64,000 nucleotides of DNA, taken from assembly GCA_965243025.1 (NCBI GenBank), contig CBDETY010000003.1:2560001-2624000 (forward strand), read 5' to 3'. This stretch comes from Candidatus Latescibacterota bacterium (GTDB taxonomy: Bacteria; Latescibacterota; UBA2968; UBA8231). This document shows positions 29,047-37,458 of the stretch, in pieces; position 1 is the first letter of the stretch; every line of letters begins with the position of its first letter. A program made the translations under genes and the position numbers. The notes under the pieces are model-generated. The model was not told the DNA's origin. It saw only the letters and a list, made by a program, of their open reading frames with translations, and ran no database searches.

Positions 29047-29346
29047 TCAGCCGGGCCGCCCCGTCAACCAGTTCCATGGCCGAACGTGGGATTCCGCGAA
29101 GAGACCTGCCTGACCATAGGGGCTGTCGGCGACGAAGGCCCGGGCCGCCTCGAGTGAGGGAGCCTCGACCGCCAGGAGCAGGCCGTTGACGGATTCTCCG
29201 TCGTCGCCGAGAGTGGGGCCCCCGTGGTGAACGATCACGTCAGGATGATTGGCGTGATCTTGAAGATAGGCGGCGAATCCGTCACGGAGACGTAGCCGCT
29301 CCTGTGCCATTCCTTCTCTGTGAGTCGCGAAGACGGCGAAATACAT
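29047..29346 (-). CDS. YciI family protein
   Basis: AGGAGG RBS; GGPTL...G.L...AFVADSPY..AGLF. Confidence 0.85.
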   Translation of the reverse strand: MYFAVFATHREGMAQERLRLRDGFAAYLQDHANHPDVIVHHGGPTLGDDGESVNGLLLAVEAPSLEAARAFVADSPYGQAGLFAESHVRPWNWLTGRPG

Positions 29347-29476
29347 GAAACGCTCCTCCTGCCAGTGGTGGGGGTTGCCCTGATTATGCCCCGGATTTCC
29401 CGCGGCAGTCAAGGAATCCCACCGGGCTCAGCAAGGAGGAACCGGTGTGGTTGAAGGGTGATCGCGCCCTGGCGCC

Positions 29477-29638
29477 AGTGCCTGCGCGCGTAATTTAGCG
29501 TACGAACGAGGGCGCCGATGCACGGTTCGCAAGGCGCCGCCTGAGCGAGTCTTACCGGGGGTGTACGGGGAGCGAAGGCAACGCCGTGAGTCGGGATGGA
29601 TCGGCGTTCCGATGGGGACATTTCTGCGACGGGACACT
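29477..29638. mobile_element. Possible degenerate MITE/palindromic intergenic element
   Basis: Imperfect terminal inverted repeats (AGTG...CACT) around a GCAAGGCGC...GTACG...GCAACGCCG core. Confidence 0.4.
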
Positions 29639-29673
29639 ATAAGCCGCGGGTCCGTGCCGCTGAAACCGTCCCT

Positions 29674-30543
29674 TCACGAAAGGGACCCCGGGTCCGTCCC
29701 CGAAGTCCCTGCCCCCCAGCGCGACAGGTACTCGGCCATCGCTTCCTGCAGGCCGGGATTGCCGTGCTTGACCGCGCCGTCGCGAACGATGGCGGCCTTG
29801 CGCACGAGGGTGTCGCGCGCAGCGGCCCGCTCTGCGGCCGTCAACGGCGCGGCCCCGTCCGCCAGCAGCCGGTCGAGAGCCCGGACGCGAAACCGGTCCA
29901 TGGCCGGGTGGGCCCGCGACAGCTGGTCCGGGTGACCCCCGTACTTGACGGTGAGCTTCTCCTCGAGATAGAGCACCTCGCAGCGGCAGGTCAGCCGCAG
30001 GAACAGCTCGTAATCCTCGCAGGCCGGCAGCGACTCGTCGAACAGGCCGATGGCGTCGAACACCGTGCGCCGCAGAAGGATGGAGGAAGGCGAGATGACG
30101 CACCGGGGCAGGGCGTGCAGGAAGATGCGGCCCCCGTGTTTGGCGTGGTGCTTGTGCGGGTTGACGCGCACGCCGTTGCGGATCCAGATCTCGTCGGTGT
30201 GGCAGACCGCCAGCCCGCTTTCCGCCAGCGCCGCCATCTGTTTCTCGAGCTTCCGCGGCTTCCACTCGTCGTCGGAATCGAGCAGGGCGATCCAGTCGCC
30301 GCGGGCTGCCTCGATTCCCGTGTTGCGCGCCGCCGACACCCCGGAGTTGACCCGCTGGCGCAGCAGCCGCACGGGCGCCCTGTCCCATGCGGACCGGAGG
30401 TACTCCAAGGTGCCGTCCGTCGAGGCGTCGTCGACGACGATCAGCTCCCAGTCGGTGAAGGTCTGGGCGGACACCGACTCCAGGGCCCTGGCCACGAGCT
30501 CCCTGCGGTTGTACACGGGCACGACGACGGAAACGGTGCTCAC
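29674..30543 (-). CDS. Glycosyltransferase family 2
   Basis: VVVPVYNR, VDDASTD, LDSDD, EDYEL. Confidence 0.95.
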   Translation of the reverse strand: MSTVSVVVPVYNRRELVARALESVSAQTFTDWELIVVDDASTDGTLEYLRSAWDRAPVRLLRQRVNSGVSAARNTGIEAARGDWIALLDSDDEWKPRKLEKQMAALAESGLAVCHTDEIWIRNGVRVNPHKHHAKHGGRIFLHALPRCVISPSSILLRRTVFDAIGLFDESLPACEDYELFLRLTCRCEVLYLEEKLTVKYGGHPDQLSRAHPAMDRFRVRALDRLLADGAAPLTAAERAAARDTLVRKAAIVRDGAVKHGNPGLQEAMAEYLSRWGAGTSGTDPGSLS

Positions 30544-30573
30544 TGTCCTGGCCGGGAGACGAGGGCGGACCGC

Positions 30574-31563
30574 TCAGTTGCCGGCGAACGCATCCCGTCC
30601 GGCGACCAGCGCCTCGATCTTGCGGTCGGCCACCGACCGCCTGAGCATCCACAGGCCGCAGTCCGGATTGACGAAGGCGATGCGCTCCTCGCCGAGGGCC
30701 CTGGCCGCTTCCTCGATGCGGGCGGCGATGAGGTCGGCGCTCTCGACCACCGTCGACTTGATGTCGACGACGCCGAGGCCGAAGCGGATTTTCGGGTCGA
30801 CCCGCCCGAGGTATGGGAGCTCGCGGTTGCCGCGGTGGGCGAGCTCGAGCAGCACGTGGTCGCAGCGCAGGCTGCTCAGGTAGTCGACGAGCCGCTCCCA
30901 GCTCCCCTTCTGGATCGACTGGCCGCCGTAGTTGCCGAAGCAGAGGTGCACCGCCGGCGTCCCGGGCACCGCGTCGAGGATGCGGTTGATCCCTTCGAGG
31001 GCCCACTTCCACTCCCCAGGATGACCCGGGAGGTTGGCCTCGTCGACCTGGACGACGTCGGCGTCGATCTCCGCCACTTGCGCGGCGAGGATGCCGGCAA
31101 GGGCGAGGCAGAGCTCCGGGGTCGAACCGTAATGGCGGTCGAGAAGGGTCTTGGCCAGCATGTGGGGGCCGGTCAGAGTGAACTTCAGGGGGCGGCGGGT
31201 GAGGCCGCGGGCGAGCCGGTAGTCGCCCGGCAGATCGAGGGTCCCCTCGGCGAGCGGGCCTTCGACGACGGCGCTCGGCCGGGCGCGAAAGGACATCCCC
31301 TCGTCGCGGCGGAACTCGGCGGCGTCGGCCCGGGTGATCTCGCTGCGCACGTTCTGCAAGGGGCGCACGAAGTACTCGATCATGCCGTTGGTTTCGGGGT
31401 GGTTGACGTCGAACCGGGAGAGCTCGCCGTCGGCGACGACGTCTATTCCGGCGTTCTCCTGCGTCTTGAGCACCACCGCCATGGCGTCGGCGAGCGCCTG
31501 CCTCGACGGCATCGCCGCCAGCCAGTCCGGGATCGGGTAACTGCCCACTACCGTCGTCTTCAC
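30574..31563 (-). CDS. Cobalamin-independent methionine synthase II family (core MetE-like)
   Basis: TTVVGSYP, DGE, QVDEA, HLC, E, PDCG zinc ligands. Confidence 0.9.
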   Translation of the reverse strand: MKTTVVGSYPIPDWLAAMPSRQALADAMAVVLKTQENAGIDVVADGELSRFDVNHPETNGMIEYFVRPLQNVRSEITRADAAEFRRDEGMSFRARPSAVVEGPLAEGTLDLPGDYRLARGLTRRPLKFTLTGPHMLAKTLLDRHYGSTPELCLALAGILAAQVAEIDADVVQVDEANLPGHPGEWKWALEGINRILDAVPGTPAVHLCFGNYGGQSIQKGSWERLVDYLSSLRCDHVLLELAHRGNRELPYLGRVDPKIRFGLGVVDIKSTVVESADLIAARIEEAARALGEERIAFVNPDCGLWMLRRSVADRKIEALVAGRDAFAGN

Positions 31564-33770
31564 GATCCGGTTTCCCCGCGGTTTCCGCCTTGCCCCGACG
31601 TCGAAGCACGCCTGTTCTCCGCCTCCTCCAGAGCATCGAAGAGGATGCCGGGAGTAATCACCTCGGGCAGCACCAGGGGGGCGTCGAGGCGGTTGCCGGG
31701 GAAGATCACGTAGAGCGGCACCCCTGAGCGCCCGAAGGCCCTCAACAGGCCGGTGATCTCCGGGTTGCGGTTCGTCCAGTCGGCGCGCACGAGGGCGACG
31801 TCGTGCCGCGAGAAGCGGTCGCCCACCTCCTCGGTGTCGAGCACCGCCCGTTTGTTGACCTTGCAGGTCCAGCACCACTCAGCGGTGAAATCGATGAAGA
31901 CGTGGCGGCCGGCGGCGACCTGGCGCTCGATCTCATCCTGCGAGAACGCGAGCCACCCGGACGATTCCCCCGCGGGCGCTTCCGACAGCTGCCGTTCAGC
32001 CGCCATCAGGGGATGAAGGAAACCTCCATAGGCGGCCGCGGTTATGGCCGCCGCCGCCGTCCAGGCGACGGCCCGCTGCCGGGGCGAGCTGCGCAGGTCG
32101 ATCCACTGTCCGGGGATCCATGCCGCCATCGCCAGGGCCAGCAGGAAGGCGGCGGTCCATATCACCGCCTCGACCCCGAGCTGCTTGCCGAGCACCCACA
32201 GCAGCCACAGGGCGGTGGCCGCCAGCAGGAACCCCATCAGCTGCTTGAAGCGCTCCATCCAGGGGCCGGGCCGCGGCAGGAAGCGGAGCCAGCCGGGCTC
32301 GGCGGCGAGCAGGACGTACGGAAGCGCCATTCCCAGTCCGGTCACCAGGAAGATCCCCACGGTGACTCCGGCGCTCTGGCTGAACGCGAACCCGAGGGCG
32401 GTGCCGAGGAAGGGGGCGGTGCAGGGGGTCGCCAGGATCGTCGCGAGGACGCCGTTGAAGAAGCTGCCGGCCAGCCCCTCCCCGTCGGCGAGCCCCCCGA
32501 GGTTCCCCTGCCCCACGGCGATGCGCACGGTTATCAGGCCGAACAGGCTCAGGCTCAACAGGAACACCAGGGCGCAGAGGAAGATGACGAACGCCGGGGA
32601 CTGGAACTGGAATCCCCAGCCGACCTGCTCCCCCCCCGACTTCACCAGCAGCACCGCGCCGGCGAGCCCGAGGAACGCCGCCACCACTCCTGCCGAGAAC
32701 GCCAGCCCGAGCTGCCTGGCGCGGGCGCGCGACTCGCCGGCCTGCGACACGAACCCCAGCACCTTGAGGGAAATCACCGGAAAGACGCAGGGCATCAGGT
32801 TGAGGATGAGCCCGCCGACCAGGGCGAAGAGCAGGTACGCCGGCAGGGAACCTGTCGCCGGCCCGGCGCCGGTGAACTCCATCGCCGACAGGCCGGGGCC
32901 GCGGCCGGCGTCGAGATCGAGGGAGACCGTCCGGTACGACGGCCGCGGGTCCCCGGGCCTTTCGTACACCACCACCCCGGTCAGCTCTGCGGGCTTTTCC
33001 TCTCCTTCGAAGTACAGGTTCAGCTCCAGAAGCACCTGCAAGGCGGCGGAATCGACGCGGCGCGTGGGGGGATCGAGCAGAAAGCTCTCCCCCTCGATCG
33101 GGTAGAAGTCCGGAGTGGCACCGTCGACTGCGACGTCTTCTCCCCGCGGGATGATGGTCAGGGAGACCGTCTCTCCTCCCTTCGGCGCGCCTGAAACCCG
33201 GTGCTGCAGGCGCACCGGCTCCTCCGGGCCGGCCCAGGACCGGGGCATGCGCCGGCGGTGCTTTTCGAAGAGCTCCTCGTTGGCGGGCGCTGCATCCCCG
33301 GCGAGCGGCAGCCCGAGGGTCAGCAGGGTGTCGCCGGGGATGCAGACCTCGCGGCAGACCAGCCAGCTGACCTCCGCGGCGATGGCGAGGGAATCGGCGG
33401 CCTCCGGGACCCCGCTGACCTCGGCGCTGAGCATGGTCTCATCGGCGTATCCGTACACGACCAGTCCCTGCTCGTCGTACTTCTGCGGCGCTTCCCAGCG
33501 CAGCTCCCCGGCCTTCAGTCCCGGCGGCAGCCTCCACTCGACATGGCTCGGTGCCCCCGCGGCGCCTGCGTAACGCCAGTAGGTGTGCCACCCCTCGTCG
33601 ATCTCCAGCTTCACCCCCAGCTCGAACGGCTCCCCCGCCCGCACCGGGGCGCGGCTTGCCACCAGCTCCGCCCGGACCGGGTGATTGCCGAGCTCGAACC
33701 CCGCGGCCGTGCCGGAAGACAGGCCGGCCAGGGCGGCGGCCGCGGCAACCCTGACGGCGGTGTGTCTCAC
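31560..33770 (-). CDS. dsbD: Thiol:disulfide interchange protein, DsbD family
   Basis: GWHTYW, CREVC, LMPCVFP, ATPCTAP, WCWTC. Confidence 0.92.
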   Translation of the reverse strand: MRHTAVRVAAAAALAGLSSGTAAGFELGNHPVRAELVASRAPVRAGEPFELGVKLEIDEGWHTYWRYAGAAGAPSHVEWRLPPGLKAGELRWEAPQKYDEQGLVVYGYADETMLSAEVSGVPEAADSLAIAAEVSWLVCREVCIPGDTLLTLGLPLAGDAAPANEELFEKHRRRMPRSWAGPEEPVRLQHRVSGAPKGGETVSLTIIPRGEDVAVDGATPDFYPIEGESFLLDPPTRRVDSAALQVLLELNLYFEGEEKPAELTGVVVYERPGDPRPSYRTVSLDLDAGRGPGLSAMEFTGAGPATGSLPAYLLFALVGGLILNLMPCVFPVISLKVLGFVSQAGESRARARQLGLAFSAGVVAAFLGLAGAVLLVKSGGEQVGWGFQFQSPAFVIFLCALVFLLSLSLFGLITVRIAVGQGNLGGLADGEGLAGSFFNGVLATILATPCTAPFLGTALGFAFSQSAGVTVGIFLVTGLGMALPYVLLAAEPGWLRFLPRPGPWMERFKQLMGFLLAATALWLLWVLGKQLGVEAVIWTAAFLLALAMAAWIPGQWIDLRSSPRQRAVAWTAAAAITAAAYGGFLHPLMAAERQLSEAPAGESSGWLAFSQDEIERQVAAGRHVFIDFTAEWCWTCKVNKRAVLDTEEVGDRFSRHDVALVRADWTNRNPEITGLLRAFGRSGVPLYVIFPGNRLDAPLVLPEVITPGILFDALEEAENRRASTSGQGGNRGETGS

Positions 33771-34897
33771 GAAATTTCCTCCCATGCCAGATGCTCCTGA
33801 ACGATCTCCTGATTGAGCTCCACCCCCAGTCCGGGGCTCTCCGGCACCGCCATGAAACCCCCTTCGACCCGCTCCGGAGGCGAGATCAGCTGCTCCCGCC
33901 ACGGCACTTCCCCGAAGGCGTACTCCAGGACGAGGAAGTTCCCGATCGAGGCGGCCAGGTGGACCCCGGCGGCCGTCGACACCGGTCCGGCCGGACTGTG
34001 GGGGGCGACCGGGATGTTCCGGGTCTCCGCCAGGGCGGCGATGCGCCGGCACTCGCTGATGCCGCCGGCGTGCTTGACGTCCGGCATGACGACGTCTACC
34101 GCTCCCCGGCTGACGTACTCCCAGAACCCCTCGCGCCCGAAGAACGACTCCCCTCCCGCAAGGGTCAGCCCGGAGGTCTCGCGCAACGCGCACATCTCTG
34201 AGACCTGGTCCCGGGGCAGCGGTTCCTCGAACCAGAAGAGGCCGAGGCCGCGCACCTTTTCCGCGGCCCTGCGCGCCAGGGCGAGGTTGAAGCGGCAGTG
34301 GCAGTCGACGAGCAGGTCGACGCCGGGACCGACCGCTTCCCGCGAGGCGGCTATGCGGGCGACGCCGAGATCGAGGTCCTCCTCGACTCCGTCGCGGTCG
34401 AGCCGGTCATGCCTGATCTCGTCGAACGGGGTGCACTTGACGGCGCGGAAGCCGGCCTCGACCGCCGCGCCCGCAGCGCGCGCGAACCCATCGGCGGAGC
34501 GGTCCCGGGTGCCGCGGTTGAGGTTGGCGTAGAGCCGCACCCGCTGGCGCCGCCTCCCCCCGAGCAGGCGCCATACCGGCACCTCGAGAGCCTTCGCGGC
34601 GATATCCCAGAGCGCCTGGTCGATGGCGCTCACTGCCGTCGCCGCAACCCGTCCGGAGCCGGCGAAGATGTCGTGCGAGCGCGCCAGCCGGTCCCAGGTC
34701 ACCTCGGGCTGGGTCGGGTCGGCGCCGGCCAGCCGCTCCCCGAGCTGGAGAAGGCACTCCTTCACCAAACGGTCGTTGCCGCCCTGGCTCGCCTCGCCGA
34801 TTCCCGTCACCCCGGCATCGGTCCGCACCTCGACCAGGATCCAGTTGCCGCGCGGGGAGGCTTCGATCTCGAGCACCCGGACCCCGGTTATTTTCAC
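33767..34897 (-). CDS. Mandelate racemase family, galactonate dehydratase-like
   Basis: SAIDQALWD, KCTP, DCH, EEP, GE, PHSP. Confidence 0.9.
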   Translation of the reverse strand: MKITGVRVLEIEASPRGNWILVEVRTDAGVTGIGEASQGGNDRLVKECLLQLGERLAGADPTQPEVTWDRLARSHDIFAGSGRVAATAVSAIDQALWDIAAKALEVPVWRLLGGRRRQRVRLYANLNRGTRDRSADGFARAAGAAVEAGFRAVKCTPFDEIRHDRLDRDGVEEDLDLGVARIAASREAVGPGVDLLVDCHCRFNLALARRAAEKVRGLGLFWFEEPLPRDQVSEMCALRETSGLTLAGGESFFGREGFWEYVSRGAVDVVMPDVKHAGGISECRRIAALAETRNIPVAPHSPAGPVSTAAGVHLAASIGNFLVLEYAFGEVPWREQLISPPERVEGGFMAVPESPGLGVELNQEIVQEHLAWEEIS

Positions 34898-35026
34898 CGG
34901 CCGCCCCTTCCGGAGACAGGCATGCCAAAACCTTCCCTGTCTGAAGCCGTGCACGCCGAGGCGGGGCATCTCCCTGATGGAAAGCCCGGAATCGAACCGG
35001 AGTCCCGGAGAGCCGGATCTTTCATT

Positions 35027-36328
35027 TCAGCGGAGCTCAATGTCGGCTCCGAGGGAGACCAGGTCGTCGAAGAAAGCCGGGTAGGACTTGCCGACGGTCT
35101 CGGCGTCGGCGAGGGTCAGTCCCCCCCGGCAGCGCAGGCCCAGAACCGCCAGCATCTGCGCGACGCGGTGGTCCTCGTGGGTGTCGGCCTCGACCCCCCC
35201 CTGATAGCCGCCCGGGTTCCCCCGAACGACGATCTCCGACTCCCCCTCCTCGCAGTCGACGCCGATCCGCCGCAGCTCCCGCACCGGGACGGAGATGCGG
35301 TCGCACTCTTTCAGGCGCAGGTTGCCGATGCCGAACACCCGGGTCTCCCCCGCAGCCAGCGCCGCCACCGGCAGCGTCGCCAGGACCATGTCGGTGGCGG
35401 TGTCGCCGTCGAACTCGATCCCCCGCAGGCCCTGGTGCCTTCCGGTCTTCACGGTGCTGCCGTCGTAATCCACGGGGACCCCGAAACCGCGCAGCACCTC
35501 GATGACGGCGCGCTCCCCCTGCCGGTCCTCGAAGAGGCGCTCGACGGCGATCTCGCTGTTGGTGACCGCGGCGGCGGCCAGCACCGCCGCGGCCGAGGGA
35601 TAGTCCCCGTTCACGGAGTACTCTCCCGGCCGGTAGCGCTGCCCGCCAGGGATCTCGAAACGCATGAGATCCTCCTGCGCAGCGACCTCGATGCCGGCCG
35701 CGGCCAGCACCTCCAGGGTGGTGCGGACCAGGGGCTTCGAAACCAGCCTGTCGACCACCTCGATCTCGACGCCCTCCCCGATCAGCGGCGCCAGGAACAG
35801 CAGCGCGCTCAGGAACTGCGAGCTCAGGGCCCCGCTGACCTGCACCCTGCCGCCGTGCAGGCGGCCGCCGCGGATCGCAACCGGCAGCCTCCCCCGGTCC
35901 GATTCGGATTTCGCTCCCAGCTGATCGAGGGCTGCCAGCAGATCGCCGTGAGGCCGCTGGCCGAGGGACCCGGCGTAGCCGGTCTCGAAGCGGACCTCGG
36001 GGAGCAGGGCCCCTATCGCCATCAGGAAACGGGTTACGGCGCCGGCGTTGCCGGCGTTGAGGACACCGGCTTCCCGCGGGCGCCTGCCGAATCCGCGGAT
36101 GCGCAGGTGGCGGCCCCCTTCGCCGTCCGTCTCTTCCCCGATTTCGGCTCCGAGGGCCCTCAGGCATCTCAGAAGCGCCTCGGAGTCCTCGCTGCGGGCG
36201 GGGTAATGGACGCAGCTTTCCCCTTCTGCCAGGGCCGCGGCCAACAGGTAACGGGTGGTGTAGTTCTTCGACGACGGGGGGTTCAGCCTTCCCCCCAACT
36301 GTTCGGTGTAGCGGACGTGGGCTTTCAT
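35027..36328 (-). CDS. aroA: 3-phosphoshikimate 1-carboxyvinyltransferase
   Basis: SKNYTTR, NAG, SSQFLS, RLKECDRI, DHR, KSYP. Confidence 0.95.
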   Translation of the reverse strand: MKAHVRYTEQLGGRLNPPSSKNYTTRYLLAAALAEGESCVHYPARSEDSEALLRCLRALGAEIGEETDGEGGRHLRIRGFGRRPREAGVLNAGNAGAVTRFLMAIGALLPEVRFETGYAGSLGQRPHGDLLAALDQLGAKSESDRGRLPVAIRGGRLHGGRVQVSGALSSQFLSALLFLAPLIGEGVEIEVVDRLVSKPLVRTTLEVLAAAGIEVAAQEDLMRFEIPGGQRYRPGEYSVNGDYPSAAAVLAAAAVTNSEIAVERLFEDRQGERAVIEVLRGFGVPVDYDGSTVKTGRHQGLRGIEFDGDTATDMVLATLPVAALAAGETRVFGIGNLRLKECDRISVPVRELRRIGVDCEEGESEIVVRGNPGGYQGGVEADTHEDHRVAQMLAVLGLRCRGGLTLADAETVGKSYPAFFDDLVSLGADIELR

Positions 36329-36351
36329 GCCGCGGTTTTTCTCGCGCCTCT

Positions 36352-37401
36352 TCAGAACCGTCCCGATCGCACTTCGTATTTCGTCGGCATGCCGAGGCTG
36401 CGCCCTCCCCGCGCCACCCAGCGGGCGGTCCACCGGATCATGGTTTCCGCCGGGACCTCCGGGGGCCCCAGCCGCTCGATCAACCTGCTGGCATTGCCGA
36501 GGAGGGAGGTCGGTGCTTCGCTTCCGGAAAATACCGGCCGCCTCCCCATCGCCTCCCCTGCCTCCTCGGCGATGGCGCGCACCGACAGCACCTCCGGTCC
36601 GGTCATGTTGACGACCTCGGGCGGGTTGGAGCAGAGCGGAAAGCAGCGCGCCAGCCAGGCGTTGGCGTCCCCCTGCCAGATCTGGTTGACGTGACCCGTC
36701 GTCAGGTCGACCGGCTCGCCGGCGTGCACGCGCCCGGCGATGTCGCGGATAATGCCGTAGCGCAGCTCGGCCGCGTAGAACAGGCGCACTGTGAGCAGCG
36801 CGGTGCCGTGCTTCAGTGCGGCGTACTCGGCGAGTCGCTCTCCCCCGAGCCGGGACTGGGCGTACTCCCCGACCGGCCCCACCGGGTCGGTTTCCCTGGA
36901 GCCGCCGCTTGCCGCCGCGCTGAACGGGTACACGTTGCCGCTGCTCACGTAGATGACGCGGGCGCCGCGGTAGCGGGCGACGAGACGGCCCGGCAGCTCG
37001 GCGTTGACCGCCCAGGTCGCCGCGGGATTCCCCGAGGAGCCGAACTTGTGACCGGCCAGGAGCAGCACCTGCCCGGCGTCCGGCAGCGACCGCAGGGCCC
37101 CCTCCTCCATCAGGTCGGCGGCGACCGTCCCGACTCCTGCGCCCTGGAGGTATTCCCGCAGACCCGGCTGGGAAAAGCGTGACACGGCGATCACCTCCGC
37201 CCCTGCCCTGGAGAGCAGCTCGGCCAGGGTCGGCCCCATCTTGCCGCCGGCGCCGAGAATCACCACCGGCCCGTCGAGGGCCTCCGCCGCCTGGGCCACC
37301 GCGGCGCTCGGGGTCGTCAGCTGCGCGATCAGCTGCTCTTCCGTTTCGATGCCGGCCTGCTCGATTCCCGCCATCGAGTTGCCGTCCGATTGTTGGGCCA
37401 T
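36352..37401 (-). CDS. NAD-dependent epimerase/dehydratase
   Basis: C-terminal part of the long ORF; GAGGKMG, SSGNVY, EYAQSR; start could be about 27 nt downstream. Confidence 0.88.
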   Translation of the reverse strand: MAQQSDGNSMAGIEQAGIETEEQLIAQLTTPSAAVAQAAEALDGPVVILGAGGKMGPTLAELLSRAGAEVIAVSRFSQPGLREYLQGAGVGTVAADLMEEGALRSLPDAGQVLLLAGHKFGSSGNPAATWAVNAELPGRLVARYRGARVIYVSSGNVYPFSAAASGGSRETDPVGPVGEYAQSRLGGERLAEYAALKHGTALLTVRLFYAAELRYGIIRDIAGRVHAGEPVDLTTGHVNQIWQGDANAWLARCFPLCSNPPEVVNMTGPEVLSVRAIAEEAGEAMGRRPVFSGSEAPTSLLGNASRLIERLGPPEVPAETMIRWTARWVARGGRSLGMPTKYEVRSGRF

Positions 37402-37458
37402 TCCCGCTCGGTTACCTTCCCGGAAATAAGGTACTGTCTTTGCCCGATGCCCGAACCC

